64,000 nt of DNA from the human T2T-CHM13v2.0 reference genome, Homo sapiens (GCF_009914755.1 NC_060925.1); one strand, 5' to 3'. Numbered from the stretch's first letter, positions 1 to 15,739 are shown. The notes: generated by a model from the sequence alone, not told the origin. Made by a program: numbers and translations.

Positions 1-19
1 GATAGTTTATGCATATCCC

Positions 20-1625
20 TAATTTTATGTGTGTATGCATGGATTCATATTTGAATGATATGACTAATACACATGAATCCATCATTCAACCTTATACCTA
101 ACATATTGTCATTAGCTATCTATATCTCTATACTACTCTTTTCCCATCTCACCAACCCTTGGTTTACTGCCCAACCCTAAAGTATCCGTATTTTGAATTG
201 CATGTTTACCATTTCTTTGTTTGTTTGTTTTTACAGTTAGTTTAGTTTTGGTTCATTTTTGCCTGTTTTGAATGTTGTATTAAAATTATATTCCATAGAG
301 TCTTCTGGAACTAGATTTTCTTAATTCAACTTTATATTACTGATATGTATCCATACTGTTTTGATATAGTTGCAGTTTCTTGATTTTCACTCCTGAGTAA
401 TATTCCATTATATGAATATACCAGTATTTATTTAATCATTGTTTTATTTATACAAATTTGAGTCATTTCAGTTTTTTCTGTTTGTTTTTGCTGCTATGAA
501 TAATGCTGCCATGAATGATTTAACATTTTGAGGGAGCGTAATTGCCAGGTTGTAAATTATATGAATGTACAACTTTACAGGAGAATGCCAAGTTGCTTTT
601 ACAAAGTGGTTATAACAATTTATAAACCCACCAACAAAGTATGAGAGATCCTGATGATCCACATTCTCTGCAATAATTATTATTGCCAGAATTGTAATAT
701 TTTATCAAGCATGTAGATGTAAAATGGTATCTCATTTTAGTGTTGATTTGCATTTCTTCAATTGTTAATAAGATTGAGAATATCTTCAGATATCGTCCTT
801 ATGTATTTTTAAAAATTATTTGTAGAACTTCTTTTTATTTTTGATACAAACTCTCTGTCAGTCATATATATTGTCAGTATCTTTTCCTGGTTGGAATCTT
901 GTCTTTTGAGTCTCCTGGTAGATGCTGTTTTCAAATGAATGTTAACTGCTACCAATTCACAACTACATCCTTCTCAAAAGAACTGTGCCTGGCAAATGGA
1001 CATGCCTCACCCAAAAGTTTTTGTGTCCTACCCTGGGTTCAGCCTGCAACCAATAATTGATGAATACACAGATACAAGAGGCTGACTCCTTTCCCTCCAG
1101 GAAATACTTCCTCTGTGGTATAATTCATGTGCCCACAGTTTTCCATGGGATTTGGCTGACACTAGTCTCCAGCTGAAACCACATCCTTAGTCAACTCCTT
1201 CCCCTCCCTGTTTTGCTTCTTTCATTTCCCTATAGGTTCTTCCTGAGGGCATTTCCTCAATAAATCACTTGCACAAAAATCTCCATCTCAGGTTCTGCTT
1301 CTAGGAAATCCAACTTCAGATACTTTCTTTGAGGTGTCTTTTGATGAACAGTTCTGATTATAATGAAATGTATCAAATTTTTTATTTTATGGATTTTCTT
1401 TTTTAAGAATCTCTATTTACAAATCCTTCCTTACTCCAAGATCAGAAAGCTATCATTATCTGTTATTTCCTGTAAAAAATTGAAAGGTTTGCTTTGACAT
1501 TTGAGTCTTTATTTATTTTGGAGTTGATTGTTTTGTAAAGTATGAGGTAGAAATTCAATGTCTCTATATGTCAGTAACTATTTTGTCCAGGTTAATTTAT
1601 TGAAAATTTCTTCTTTTCCCTATCA
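20..1625 (-). mobile_element. Old L1M (LINE-1) 3' region, degraded, split by an LTR
   Basis: T-rich antisense L1 motifs (tttttgctgctatgaataatgctgccatgaa; aaatggtatctcattttagtgttgatttgcatttct); ends approximate. Confidence 0.7.
917..1322 (+). mobile_element. ERV-L solo LTR (LTR16-like)
   Basis: Typical LTR16 3' end: caataaatcacttgcacaaaaatctccatctcaggttctgcttctaggaaatccaac. Confidence 0.7.
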
Positions 1626-1690
1626 TGTATCTTTTTAGAACACTGATAGTTTAGTCAACATTTATTCCACACTTTTTAAATGCTTTTTAT

Positions 1691-2066
1691 TTTTATTTTT
1701 TTATTATTATTATACTTTAAGTTTTAGGGTACATGTGCACAACGTGCAGGTTTGTTACATATGTATACATGTGCCATGTTGGTGTGCTGCACCCATTAAC
1801 TCGTCATTCAGCATTAGGTATATCTCGCCCCTCCCCCCACCCCACAACAGTCCCCCGTGTGTGATGTTCCCCTTCCTGTGTCCAAGTGTTCTCATTGTTC
1901 AATTCCCACCTATGAGTGAGAACATGCAGTGTTTGGTTTTTTGTCCTTGCGATAGTTTGCTGAGAATGATGGTTTCCAGCTTCATCCATGTCCCTACAAA
2001 GGACATGAACTCATCATTTTTTATGGCTGCATAGTATTCCATGGTGTATATGTGCCACATTTTCTT
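1691..2066 (-). mobile_element. L1PA3-5 3' end with poly(A) tail; host of the composite insertion
   Basis: tatactttaagttttagggtacatgtgcacaacgtgcaggtttgttac; left TSD taaatgctttttat at 1677-1690. Confidence 0.93.
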
Positions 2067-2432
2067 TTTTTTTTATTTTTTTAATTTTTAATTTTTTATT
2101 TTTTTATTATTATACTTTAAGTTTTAGGGTACATGTGCACATTGTGCAGGTTAGTTACATACGTATACATGTGCCATGCTGGTGTGCTGCACCCACTAAC
2201 TTGTCATCTAGCATTAGGTGTATCTCCCAATGCTATCCCTCCCCCCTCCCCCCACCCCACAACAGTCCCCAGAGTGTGATGTTCCCCTTCCTGTGTCCAT
2301 GTGATCTCATTGTTCAATTCCCACCTATGAGTGAGAATATGTGGTGTTTGGTTTTTTGTTCTTGTGATAGTTTACTAAGAATGATGATTTCCAATTTCAT
2401 CCATGTCCCTACAAAGGACACGAACTCATCAT
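2065..2432 (-). mobile_element. L1PA2-like 3' end, 5'-truncated, nested in the older L1
   Basis: Own poly(A) tail; young-L1 diagnostics (attgtgcaggttagttac, acccactaac, gtgatctcattg, atgatgatttccaatt); lacks the L1HS-Ta ACA. Confidence 0.9.
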
Positions 2433-2456
2433 AAACTGCTCTTAAGATCAGTGCTT

Positions 2457-2592
2457 GAGTTCTGTAGATGTCTGTTAGGTCTGCTTGGTGCAGAGCTGAG
2501 TTCAATTCCTGGATATCCTTGTTAACTTTCTGTCTCATTGATCTGTCTAATGTTGACAGTGGGGTGTTTAAGTCACCCATTATTGTTATGTG

Positions 2593-2595
<3 letters not shown>
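2457..2595 (-). mobile_element. Short inverted L1 ORF2 endonuclease fragment
   Basis: Minus-strand translation [42 protein letters not shown] matches the L1 EN domain. Confidence 0.9.
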
Positions 2596-5250
<2,655 letters not shown>

Positions 5251-5340
5251 TAAATGCTTTTTATACATGAAAGGCCTTGCATGGAGCTGGGGATATAAAC
5301 ATAAAATGATACAACTCCCCCTGCTGTCAGGGGCTTACAC

Positions 5341-5385
5341 TATAGTGGGAAAGTATATATATAGTGGGAAAGTATAGTGGGAAAG
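5341..5385. repeat. Three copies of tatagtgggaaag
   Basis: Copies at 5341, 5360 and 5373. Confidence 0.9.
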
Positions 5386-5792
5386 TGTGTGCCATCTATC
5401 AGCAGGAGGAGTCAGGAAAAACTTCTTAGAGGTAGCGGAATGAAAAAACAGAAATTTTATATTTTAGAGAGGTGGATATTTCTTGGTGTTTCCAATTTGA
5501 AGAAAGCGCTGATTGTAAACCAGCGTATATTATTTCAGAATATTGCCTATAGTTCTATGTGACACAAAATGTGTGTACAGAAAAAAAAAGGTGTGTACCA
5601 GAAAAAATTTTAGAAATAGGCAGGAGTCGACTTATAAAGGGCTTTTTTTCTTAGTGGAACTTTGATTGTAACTCCCAGCACAACCATCTTCTCTCAACAG
5701 GTGGCCTCCACTCTTGCCACTGCCTTGGAGAGAGTAATGTAACCCATAGAGAGCCGAAATAGCCTAGTGTTTTGGACATGGACATTGGTCTA

Positions 5793-6215
5793 TGCTTTGG
5801 TTTAAATATCCCCTCCAAAATTCACGTTGAAACTTAATACCCAATACTACAGTATTGGAGGGAAGGCTTTAAGACATGATTAAATGATGAGGGCTCTGTC
5901 TTCATGAATGAATTAATCATTCATGGGTGAATGGATTAATGGGTTAATAGATGAATGGGTTATCATGGAAAGGAAACTGGTAGCTTCATAAAAATAAAAG
6001 AGACCTGAGCTAGCACATTAGCATTCTTAGCCCCATCTCCATGTGATGCCCTGTGCTGCATCAGGATGCCACAGAGTTCCCACGAGCAAGAAGGCTCTCG
6101 ACAGATGCATACCCTCAAACTTGGACTTCCCAGCCTCCATAACTGTAGGAAATAAATTTCTTTTCTTTATAAACTGCCCAGTTTCAGGTCCTTTAAAACA
6201 GAAAACAGACTAATA
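5793..6215 (+). mobile_element. MaLR solo LTR (MSTC-like)
   Basis: tgctttggtttaaatatcccctccaaaattcacgttgaaacttaa ... ttggacttcccagcctcc ... acagactaata. Confidence 0.8.
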
Positions 6216-7409
6216 GAGTTTAAAAGTGGGCATGTGCTGCAAACAGGTCCGATCGGAGTCCTCCTGTAGGATTAGCATATGGAAGTTACATACCCCTGCA
6301 GGGTCTATATTTGCTTGATCATGCCAAGCACTAGGCCTACTCATATCACCTCCCTTCCCTTCCACTCTCCTTTAACAATACACATGACTCAGGTACCTGT
6401 GTTAAATGGTGTAATAACACTTTTTAGGATTCTTGAAGAAATGACATTGATATATATTTTTATTCTTGATAAAAATACAAAAAGAATACCCTTTAAAATT
6501 TTGGGTTTTTTTGCTATAAATTATTATTAGAGATTATTATAAAATTTTCAGAGAAGATTAAAAAGCATTAAGAAAATTAAAATAATTCACAGCCCCAACA
6601 ATTAAAGAAAAATACAGTTAAATATTTACCGTCTTATCTTTTAGGTTCACAAATATGCAGATGTACTGGTTTAAAAAATACAATTGAATTCATTCTATTT
6701 TATAGCCAAATGTTATACCATTATTAATTTTTTATACAACACAAATTTGAATATTCAATTACCACATTTCATAGTATGGTTATACTACTTAGCCATTAGT
6801 CTGTTTTTGAGGATTTTGGTTGCTTTCAATTTTCATAATTTTAAAGAATGCTGCCATAAGCATTCAATATGTAGATCTTCTGCATTTTAGATTTTGGATT
6901 GGATAAATTCCTAATGGAATTGCTGGGACAGAGGTTATATACATTTTAGGACTCTTTCCACACGAGAACTTTGCAAATTAGACTATATGTTTTATTTCAG
7001 TGGAATATGACAAGTCTGTAGTAACAGATGATCCCAAGTCCCAGAATTTTGCAGTACTTAAAAATGCAGGGCAATCAGATTCAGCCGTACTTCAGCATTT
7101 GGGGCATAATGTGATGGGCTGATTTCTGTGCTCACACTACAGTGTTTCAGACTGATACACATTCTCCAAAGCTTCTTTTTCATAGAAACAAAATATTCTA
7201 AGATGTGCAGAGCTCAAGATTTGAAGTCTTAGTTTAAATTTTCCATGTTTCTTTGAGGGTGGGGTGGAGGGTGATGTATTTTTCCTTCCTGAAGATAGTT
7301 CTACAAATGGATTCTATAGATTGAAGGCCTATTTTTGAGAATTAACTATACCAAGAATTTTACATTTATAATCTCATTTAACCCCTTCCAATACCATTTG
7401 AGAATTTAG

Positions 7410-7627
7410 GTGGTATGTTAGGAAACAATACAGGTTTTGAAACCAGACCAGTTTAACTTGGCGAATCCAGGTTTTATCAATTGCTTGCTGTGTTACTTTA
7501 ATTGCCTTCTGAAAAGTATTAATTTCTCTAAGGTTTATCTACAAAATCATGCAGGTATGAATAAATACCTTACCACGTATATGTTTCAATTAAATGAGAA
7601 AATGCGGGTTAAGCAATCAGCATAGTG
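7410..7627 (+). mobile_element. MIR SINE fragment
   Basis: Degraded MIR core and aattaaatgagaaaatgc...agcatagtg. Confidence 0.5.
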
Positions 7628-7633
7628 TATCTC

Positions 7634-8110
7634 TGTATTAGTCTGGGATCCTCTGAGATCAGAATCTGAGGCATGTATATGGTTTATTCTGGAAGTGATT
7701 GCCAGGAACAGGACTGAAGGTTTAGGGAGGAGAACAGGAAATAAGGGAAAACTGATACAAGGATGTTTTTAAGTTGGGCACTGGTGCAGATGATTGGCTC
7801 TGAACCTTCCTTCTGTGGAGTGCTGTGAAATGCATCTTAGAACTCTTTGCCTAAGGAAAAAAAGGAGAAAAATATTTATTCTTCAGCAACCATCCCCCAT
7901 AGGTTAAGAATAATCCCAGGGCATTACCTCCCCTGCATTTCCAGGTTGTGTGTATCTGTCGAGTTATGCAAAGAAGCCTGCTGCAAGACAGATGAGGGGC
8001 AAGGCACAGCTGGTTGCATTTGCACAAAACTAGTCAGAACGGGTCACTACCATAGCAGCTGGGGCAAAAGGTGGAGTCTATGAGGATTTTCAGGGACACA
8101 CAAGGGGTGT
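7634..8110 (-). mobile_element. Old ERV-L LTR (LTR33/LTR16-like)
   Basis: tgtattagtctgggatcctctgagatcagaatctgagg...tttattctggaagtgattgccaggaa. Confidence 0.5.
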
Positions 8111-8111
8111 C

Positions 8112-8583
8112 TGTATTTCCTATTGCTGTTATAACAAATTATCACGAACTTAGTGGCTTAATGCAACATAAATTTATTATTTCACAGTGCTGGAGGTTGG
8201 AAGTTCAAAAAGTGTCTCTTACGTGGCTAAAACCATGATGTTGGCAGGACTGCATTCCTTTTTATGGCTCTAGAGGAAAATCTGTTTCTTGCTTTTGCCA
8301 GCTTCTAGAGGCTGTCTTTATTCCTTGGCTCAGGCTCCCTTCCAACAGTGGTGTCACTCTGGCCTCACCTCTGTCATCATACCTCTTTCTCTAATCCTGA
8401 CACTCACTTTTATGTGAACTATTGTGATTATGTTAAACCCAGCTGATAATTCATGATAATCTTCCCAATTCAAGACCCTTAATCACATCTACTAAATCTA
8501 TTTTGGCATGTTAGGTGACATATTCACAGGTTTCATGGATCAGCACAGGGACATCTTTGGGAGTCATTGTTCCGCCTACCACA
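8112..8583 (-). mobile_element. MaLR LTR (MLT1D-like)
   Basis: ttcctattgctgttataacaaattatcac...ttagtggcttaa...gcctaccaca. Confidence 0.8.
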
Positions 8584-8667
8584 GGGTCAGTGTAGGCTTC
8601 TAGCACACATTTGTTAAGGTTCCCTTCTCCTACTGCTTGCTGAGTTTCCATCCTCCTCAACCCCAAC

Positions 8668-9160
8668 TGTATTAATTAAGGTTCTCCACCAAAACAGAAT
8701 CAATAGGATGTATCAATACATAATGAGATTTAATATAGGGTATTGGCTCATGCAATTGCGGAGTCTGAGAAATTACACAGTCTGCTGTCTGCAAGGTGGA
8801 GACCCAGAAATGTAGTAGAAGGGAACTACAAATGTGTAGTTCAAAGGCCTGAGAGCCAGAGACCCAGTGGCATAGATTCCAGTTTGAGACTAAGGCCTGA
8901 GAACAGAAACAATGAGAGTAGGAAAAGATCAATGTTCCAGCTCAAGCAGTCAGGCAGAGAGCCAGCAAGTTCTCTCTTCCTCCACTTTTTTGTTCTATTG
9001 AGTCCACCTACATTAAGAAGGACTATTCATTTGACACAACCTATTGATTTGCATGTTAATCTCCTCTGGAAACACTCTCATAGATACACCCCAAAATAAT
9101 GTTTTAATCAGGTATCTGGACATCTTTTTAGTCAAATTTACACATATAATTCACTATCAT
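8668..9160 (-). mobile_element. ERV-L LTR (MLT2 family)
   Basis: tgtattaattaaggttctcc...aaacagaatcaatagga...ttggctcatgcaatt...aatctcctctggaaacactctcatagatacacc. Confidence 0.8.
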
Positions 9161-9166
9161 GCAACC

Positions 9167-9522
9167 TGTATTAGTTCATTTTCATGCTGCTGATGAAGAC
9201 ACACTCGAAACTGGCAACAAAAAGAGGTTTAATTGGACTTACAGCTAGCTCCACATGGCTGTGGAGGCCTCAGAATCATGGTGGGAGGCGAAAGGTACTT
9301 CTTACATGGATGGCAAGAGAAAAATGAGGAAGAAGCAAAAGTGGAAACCCCTGATAAACCTATCAGATCTCGTGAGCCTTATTCACTATCACGAAAATAG
9401 CCTGGGGAAGACAGCCCCTATGATTCAGTTACCTCCCCCTAGGTCCCTCCCACAACACATGGGAATTCTGGGAGATACAATTCAAGTTGAGATTTGGATG
9501 GGGACACAGCCAAACCATATCA
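9167..9522 (-). mobile_element. THE1A-like MaLR solo LTR
   Basis: tgtattagttcattttcatgctgctgat ... ggggacacagccaaaccatatca; TSD caacc/ccacc. Confidence 0.9.
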
Positions 9523-10079
9523 CCACCTGACATAAATTCTGATAATTCACATAGCTAGTAATTGGACAGGCAAAGCCACAAATCCATATGATGTGGTTGC
9601 AAATCCATTGATTTGGGGGATTTTAGAGTCAAAATCTCATTGGTGGGCGTGGTAAAGGACAGGGTTGGTAGTACTTTTGCTAGCACAAGGGCATGTGTGA
9701 TTCAGGGCTACAAGAATGAGCCAATGTGAGAGAGAAGAAATTTGACCCAAAGGCTGCACTAGAAGCCCCTCCAATTTTAGATTCCATTTCCAGTGTGATG
9801 ATACTAAATTGTTTTCAATCCACAAGGAAAGAAAATTTACTGTTTTTAAGTTGTCCATAATAGATAACTTTGACTAAAAGATAAAGTTGCTAAATCTAAG
9901 ACAGATCATTGTTCATCTAAAATATTAAATAAATACTGAATAAGAAATATTTTAGCATGATTTTTAACAGGACAAAACTTTGCTCAGGTTTTTGGTGAAA
10001 ATCAACACTTTAATGAAATATATGGGATGAAACTAAAATACAGGTGCTCCAATCTGAATATTTATAACAAATGATTTAT

Positions 10080-12800
10080 AACAAATGAGTAAGTGTAAAA
10101 AGTAAATAAAATAAACATCCACACAACCACCATTTAGCTTTAAAAAAAATTACATTACCAATACCTTAAGAATGCCCTTGCTTTTCTGATCCCATTCCCT
10201 ACCCTATTTCCTAACTGTGATCACTACCCTGAGTCTGGTATTTATTATTCCCTTTCTTTCCTTGATAGTTTTTTTAAATAATCTACATATTTCTAAATAA
10301 TATATTTTTAGTATTGTGTATAGGTGGGATGATATTGTACGAGTTGTGCTATTCAATCATGCTGACTTATATAACTCTATCTGATTCATTTGTTCATTTG
10401 TACTGCTGTGTATTAATTCACTCTTGCCAATGGATATTTGAGTTATTCCCTCTTTGGTGATATTTATTGTCTTTTTTTGTTTTTGATTCTCTCTTAAATA
10501 TTACAAATTATGAACACGTTTGTACTTGACTCTTCATGCACATGTATAAATTTATTTTTTAAGTTTGAATCCAGGAAAGGAATTATTTAATTGTAAGGCA
10601 GGCACATGGACAATTTAAAAGAAAATTCTATTGATTATAAAACGTAAATAGTCACCAACAGACATGTGAGTTGTTTTATTCTACATTCTTAGCAAAACTT
10701 GATATCAGCAGGCTTTTAAATTATTGTCATTCTAGCAAATGCAAAATAGTATATTTTATGAAATGTTAAATAGATACAAATTTATGTTATGAAAGCACTT
10801 CTGTGTCTTGGTTATAAAATTTTCTTCCACCCAAAGGTCATATAGATATTCTCCTATATTGTCTTCTAAAATTAAAATAAAATCTAAAATGACTCACTTT
10901 CAAATTTAAGACTTTAACTGGAATAGATTTTTATACACAGAGAGAAATCTAATTTTTTATATAAATAACTATTTTTCTAGTATCATTAAGTTGTCTTTCC
11001 TTTACACAATTATTTGTACTGTAAGTTTTATTATATATCATTTCCATATATTTGTGGGTCTGTTTTTGCTAATTCTCTTCTGATTTAATTGATTTATTTT
11101 TCTATCTTTAAGTCAAAATTGCATTTCTAACTAAAGTGCTTTATGCAAAGATCTTGACATCCAATAGGACATGTTTTCTGCTTTCTCCTCCCATTCCTTC
11201 AGGGGTGTTTTGGCTGTTGTTAGCTCTTCCTCCTTCACAAAAATTTTAGAATCAATTTAGAATTTTAGAATTAATTTGTCAAGTTGTACAAAAGTCTTGG
11301 TAAGTTTTTGACTTAAGTTTTAAGAGAGAACTTGGTAGCTTTAAACTACTGGACTCTTTCTGTTTATGAACGTGGTATACCTTACCTTCCCATTGGTTTA
11401 AATCTCTTTTAATGTTATTAAGTTTTATAATTTTTCTTTATGTCATAAAAATCTTTCTTTTATTTCTTCTTATAAGTATACATGTGAATGGAGAGGTGAA
11501 TACATTGTATTTTTGCTGTTATTGTAAATAATATCATTTTTGCATTAAATTTTCTAATTCTCATTGATTAGGCATGGGAATGCAAATTGAATTTTATATA
11601 GAGCTATTGTTTTGATCAACATTGCAAAGTTTCCTGTTCAAGTCTAGTAGTTTATCAGTACATGCTTTACATTTTATATGGAAACAATGTATATGTGAAT
11701 AATAACAGCAACATTATGCTGTCCTTTTCTAACTTTTCTATCTTCTATAAAAGTATTTCTAACTTTTATATCTTCTTCTTGCTTTGGACTTCCAGAAAAT
11801 TATTGAAAATAAGTAGTTATGGTGAGCATTTTTGTCTTTTGTCTTAGTCCATTCAGGCTACTATAACAAAAAACTATATACTGGGTAGCATGTAAACAAC
11901 AGAAATTTATTTCTCCCAGTTCTGGAGGCTGGAGAGTCCAAGATCAAGGTGCCAGCAGAGTCAATGTCTCATGAAGACCAATTTTCTGGGTCATAGAAGA
12001 TGCCTTCTAACTGTGTCTTCAGATGGTGAAAGGGGAAAGGCAGGTCTCTGGGGCCTCTTTTATAATGGCACTAGTCTTTTCCATGAGGATTCTACCCTCA
12101 TGACCTAATCACCTCTCAAAAGAACCCACCTTCTTACACAATCATACAGGTGACTATGTTTTCAACATAGAATTTTGGGAAGACACAAACATTCAGGACA
12201 TGGCATCTTCTATGTATTTCAACATGTACTTATTAAATATCACTTCTGATTCTAGTTTACCGTAAATTTTATCAAGCATGGATATTGAATGTCAGTGAAT
12301 GCTTCTTTTATACCCGTTGAGAAGGTCATGCATTTTTCTTTTGTAATCATATGCTAATAAAATTAATTTATACTAATTGGTTTTTTAATATTAAACCTAC
12401 CTTGCAGTCCTGGAGAATCTAAACATTCATAATGTATTATACATTTTTAGATTGTTCATTTATTTTTGCTAATACCATGTTAAAAATTTTAACATGAATA
12501 GAAATAATATGTATTTCTTATTACTTCCACTATTTTTAATTTTGATATCAAGTTACTCATTCAAAATTTCTGTGTTGTAAATAAAGAGTAAGTCCACTTA
12601 CATCAATGGAAATTACTAATTCTACTTTCTACCACCTAATTTTTATTTGTCTTGCTTTTTCCATTTTTTCCCACGTTCTTGTCTCCCTTTAAATTGATTC
12701 AGTCTTTTCTCTATTATTAATTCTCTAATCTTCTCCAGTTGGAGAGTATACACTTTTTAGCTGACTTTGTAGTGGCCACTTATAAATATTTTGCCAAATA
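10080..12800 (-). mobile_element. Old L1M fragments (3' end and ORF2), interrupted by MLT1A
   Basis: Antisense L1 motifs such as aattttagaatcaattt...gtcaagtt and ggtgagcatttttgtctt; ends approximate. Confidence 0.65.
11840..12205 (-). mobile_element. MLT1A/MLT1A0 solo LTR
   Basis: tgtcttagtccattcaggctactataacaaa...cagttctggaggctgg...tccaagatcaaggtgccagcag. Confidence 0.85.
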
Positions 12801-12821
12801 TTTTACAAAGTTTAAAATTAT

Positions 12822-12937
12822 CGAAGGAGGCTGAGGCAGGAGGATTGCTTGAGCCTGGGAAGTTGAGGCTGCACTAATCCATGATTGCACCACTGTGATG
12901 CTGTCTTAAAATGAAATAAAACAAAATAAAATAAAAA
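12822..12937 (+). mobile_element. Old Alu right-arm fragment (AluJ/FRAM-like)
   Basis: ggaggctgaggcaggaggattgcttgagcctggga plus A-rich tail. Confidence 0.8.
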
Positions 12938-13333
12938 TTTATATATTTGCTCTACTTTTGAACACTGGGAGAAGCTTACAACACTTGAACATCTAATCTC
13001 CATCCTTTTCCAAACTATATACTATTTTTGCTGAGGGTTTTAGTTCTATTTCATTTTCATAACTTCTCTAATCATTATTATTTGGTAGTTTTGTGTCGTC
13101 ATTCTGAAATTTAGGTATATCCTCATATATATTAGTATCTTCATATGTCATGCCATTGCATATTAGACTTTACAATAGGGGTAATTTTCCTTCTTACTGA
13201 CAATAATGCTAGTTCTGTAATTTAGTAACTTTGTGACCTTGAAGCAAATTACTTAAAGCTTTTGCGCTTCTTCAGTTTTTTCATGAAGTGGAAATAATAA
13301 TAGTATTTATTTCACATCTACTGAGAAGATTAT

Positions 13334-13396
13334 TTATATGGTTTGGCTCTGTGTACCCACCCAAATCTCATCTTGTAGCTCCCATAATTCCCATGT
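13334..13396 (+). mobile_element. 5' end of a THE1 LTR (truncated host)
   Basis: atatggtttggctctgtgtacccacccaaatctcatcttgtagctcccataattccc. Confidence 0.85.
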
Positions 13397-13739
13397 TGTA
13401 TTAGTCCACTTTCACACTGCTGATAAAAACATACCCAAGACTGGGCAATTTACAAAAGAAAGAGATTTAATGACTTACTGTCCCACATGGCTGGGGAGGC
13501 CTTACAATCATGGCAGAAGGTAAAAGGCACATCTCACATGGTGGCAGACAAGGGAAGAGAGCTTGTACAAAGAAACTCCCCCTTATAAAACCATCAGATC
13601 TTATGACACTTATTCACTATCATAAGAACAGCACAGGAAAGTCATGCCCCCATGATTCAATTACCCCCCAACAGATCCCTCCCACAACAGGTGGGAATTT
13701 AAGATGATATTTGGGTTGGGACACAGCCAAATCATATCA
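13397..13739 (-). mobile_element. THE1B/C-like solo LTR nested antisense in a THE1
   Basis: tgtattagtcc...acacagccaaatcatatca; 5-bp TSD catgt/cacgt. Confidence 0.9.
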
Positions 13740-14956
13740 CACGTGGTATGATATACCAGAAAATGTGGAAGAAAATGCTATGTGGAATATTGTCAATCAT
13801 CCTACTAGAGAGAAAACAAGCACTGGAGGATCTCACTGACAATTAAATGCTTAGCCCAAAGCCAGAGAGACACATTAGTTTCTCTCACAAGACACTGGCC
13901 AGAATTGGTCACATGGGAATCCAGGCAGTACAATCTTACTATGGGCCAAGAAGTCAGAGAGTTGAGACTATTCAGTGATCAGCATAAATAAATAGTATAC
14001 CATCCTTTATAATTTTCTTTCATTTTTGCCTTAAAATTATACTAGCTTAATTTCCTAGATTCTTGCTTTAACTTTTTAAGTTTTTTATTCCTCTTAAGAT
14101 TTCTTATTTTCTTGCCACTTTGATGGTGCATTCTGAAGTTTCATTTTATATATTATTCATTGGTTTGGGGGGAATTTGTTCATTTACCTTTTAGATGAAA
14201 GGCTTTTTTATATATCTGGTATACTCTAGTATACTGCTCCAGAGATAATGAAAATAGAAATTTTACCACTCACTTTCAAAGCCTTGAAAAAAATGATCCA
14301 AATCTTAATGGAATCATAAAACCACCTTTCTATGGTGGTCCTATTATCTAAATGTCAGGAGAACTACTCCTCATTCTATTTCTTACTAAATAACTTTGAA
14401 ACCATGGTCAGATCATTTCCCCTCTCTGGACCTACTTTCCTTAACTATAAAGCATCTAGGTAGTGTAAATGACCTTTCAGGGGCTGCCCCAACATACTAT
14501 TCATTTATCAGTTTATTTCACAGTAGAACATGCATTCTATAATGATTTTTAACAATCTCAAATTCCAAACCAAATATTTCTTTTTCAATGGCAGGCTTGT
14601 TGCTACTTAAAGCTTTTCATGGAAGCTCTTGACTCAAGAATGCTACAAAAATAGGCTCTTGTCCTCTTCTTGCATCTTGCAGATGTACAACATTAGCATA
14701 AAGAGATGTTGGAAAAAAGGTGCCCTCTTCTACCATGTAGTTCCTTTGCTGCTACGTGAACCTCATATATTCTCACCTCCTTCTTGAAATACTTGCAACA
14801 GAGTACATAAAGGATAGCTGAACATTCTTTGGAGAGGACAATTGTAGTTTAATCCAACCTTTGAAAAAGCTTTGCTCCTCATTCAAATTCTTTAGATGCT
14901 CTCAGTGCGTAAACTACATGTCATGGTACATACAAAAGGGAAGAGAAAAACACAAT

Positions 14957-15318
14957 TGTCATGGTCAGTTTGAGATGCTACAACAAAAATGCCATAGACT
15001 GGTAGACTGGGTGGTTTAAACAATTACATTTATTTCTCACAGTTCCAGTATCTGGTGAGGGCTCACTTCCTTGTTTGCAGACAGCTACCTTCTTGCTGTA
15101 TCCTCACATTGCTGAGGGAGGGATCCCGTGTTTCTTCCTCTTTTTATAAGGGCATTCATCTCATTATGAAGGCCTCATCCCAATGACCTAATCTAATCCT
15201 AATTACTTCCCAAAGGCCCCACCTGCAAATACCATCACATCGAGGACTAAGGTTTTACTGTATGAATTTTGTGGGGAGGTGAGGAATAGCAGATGAAACA
15301 CATTTAGTCTGGAGCAAC
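14957..15318 (-). mobile_element. MLT1A-like solo LTR
   Basis: gactgggtggtttaaacaa...tttatttctcacagttc...cccaaaggccccacctgcaaataccatcacat. Confidence 0.8.
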
Positions 15319-15739
15319 AATTAACATTGTTTTAAAAAACCACCATGTCTTTCAAAATATATGTATTTTCCCCTAATGATTACATTTATTTCTCACAACA
15401 ATCCTTGAGGTAGATATTGTTATACCTCCTTTTGGATGTGAAAACTGAGTTCACAAAGGATAATTAAGAGATTCAAGACTTCACATTTGTACTGCACTGT
15501 CTACCAAAGCTCATCAGTGTTACTGAAATTACATGAGAGATATAAATCTAAGTAAATAGAACCCCCTGCCTCATGGTAATAAGTAGAAGACTCAGGTATA
15601 AGGCAAGAACAACTCCGTCAAGATGAGGAAACACAGGCATTCACATACCCGCTGATGCATGAGGATAGAGAGCATGGCCTCTGAGCTCAGGAAGACTGGA
15701 TTGGTTTAATTCCCAGAGCTGAGGCTGTAGTAGATTTCT

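Noticed and set aside
8672-9530. ORFs of 86-118 aa (also 33197-33592 and 47148-47811)
   Set aside because: Lie within LTR or L1 elements; chance open frames
10060-10089. Short tandem duplications (also 3588-3605, ~42778-42803, ~46059-46095)
   Set aside because: Ordinary slippage events
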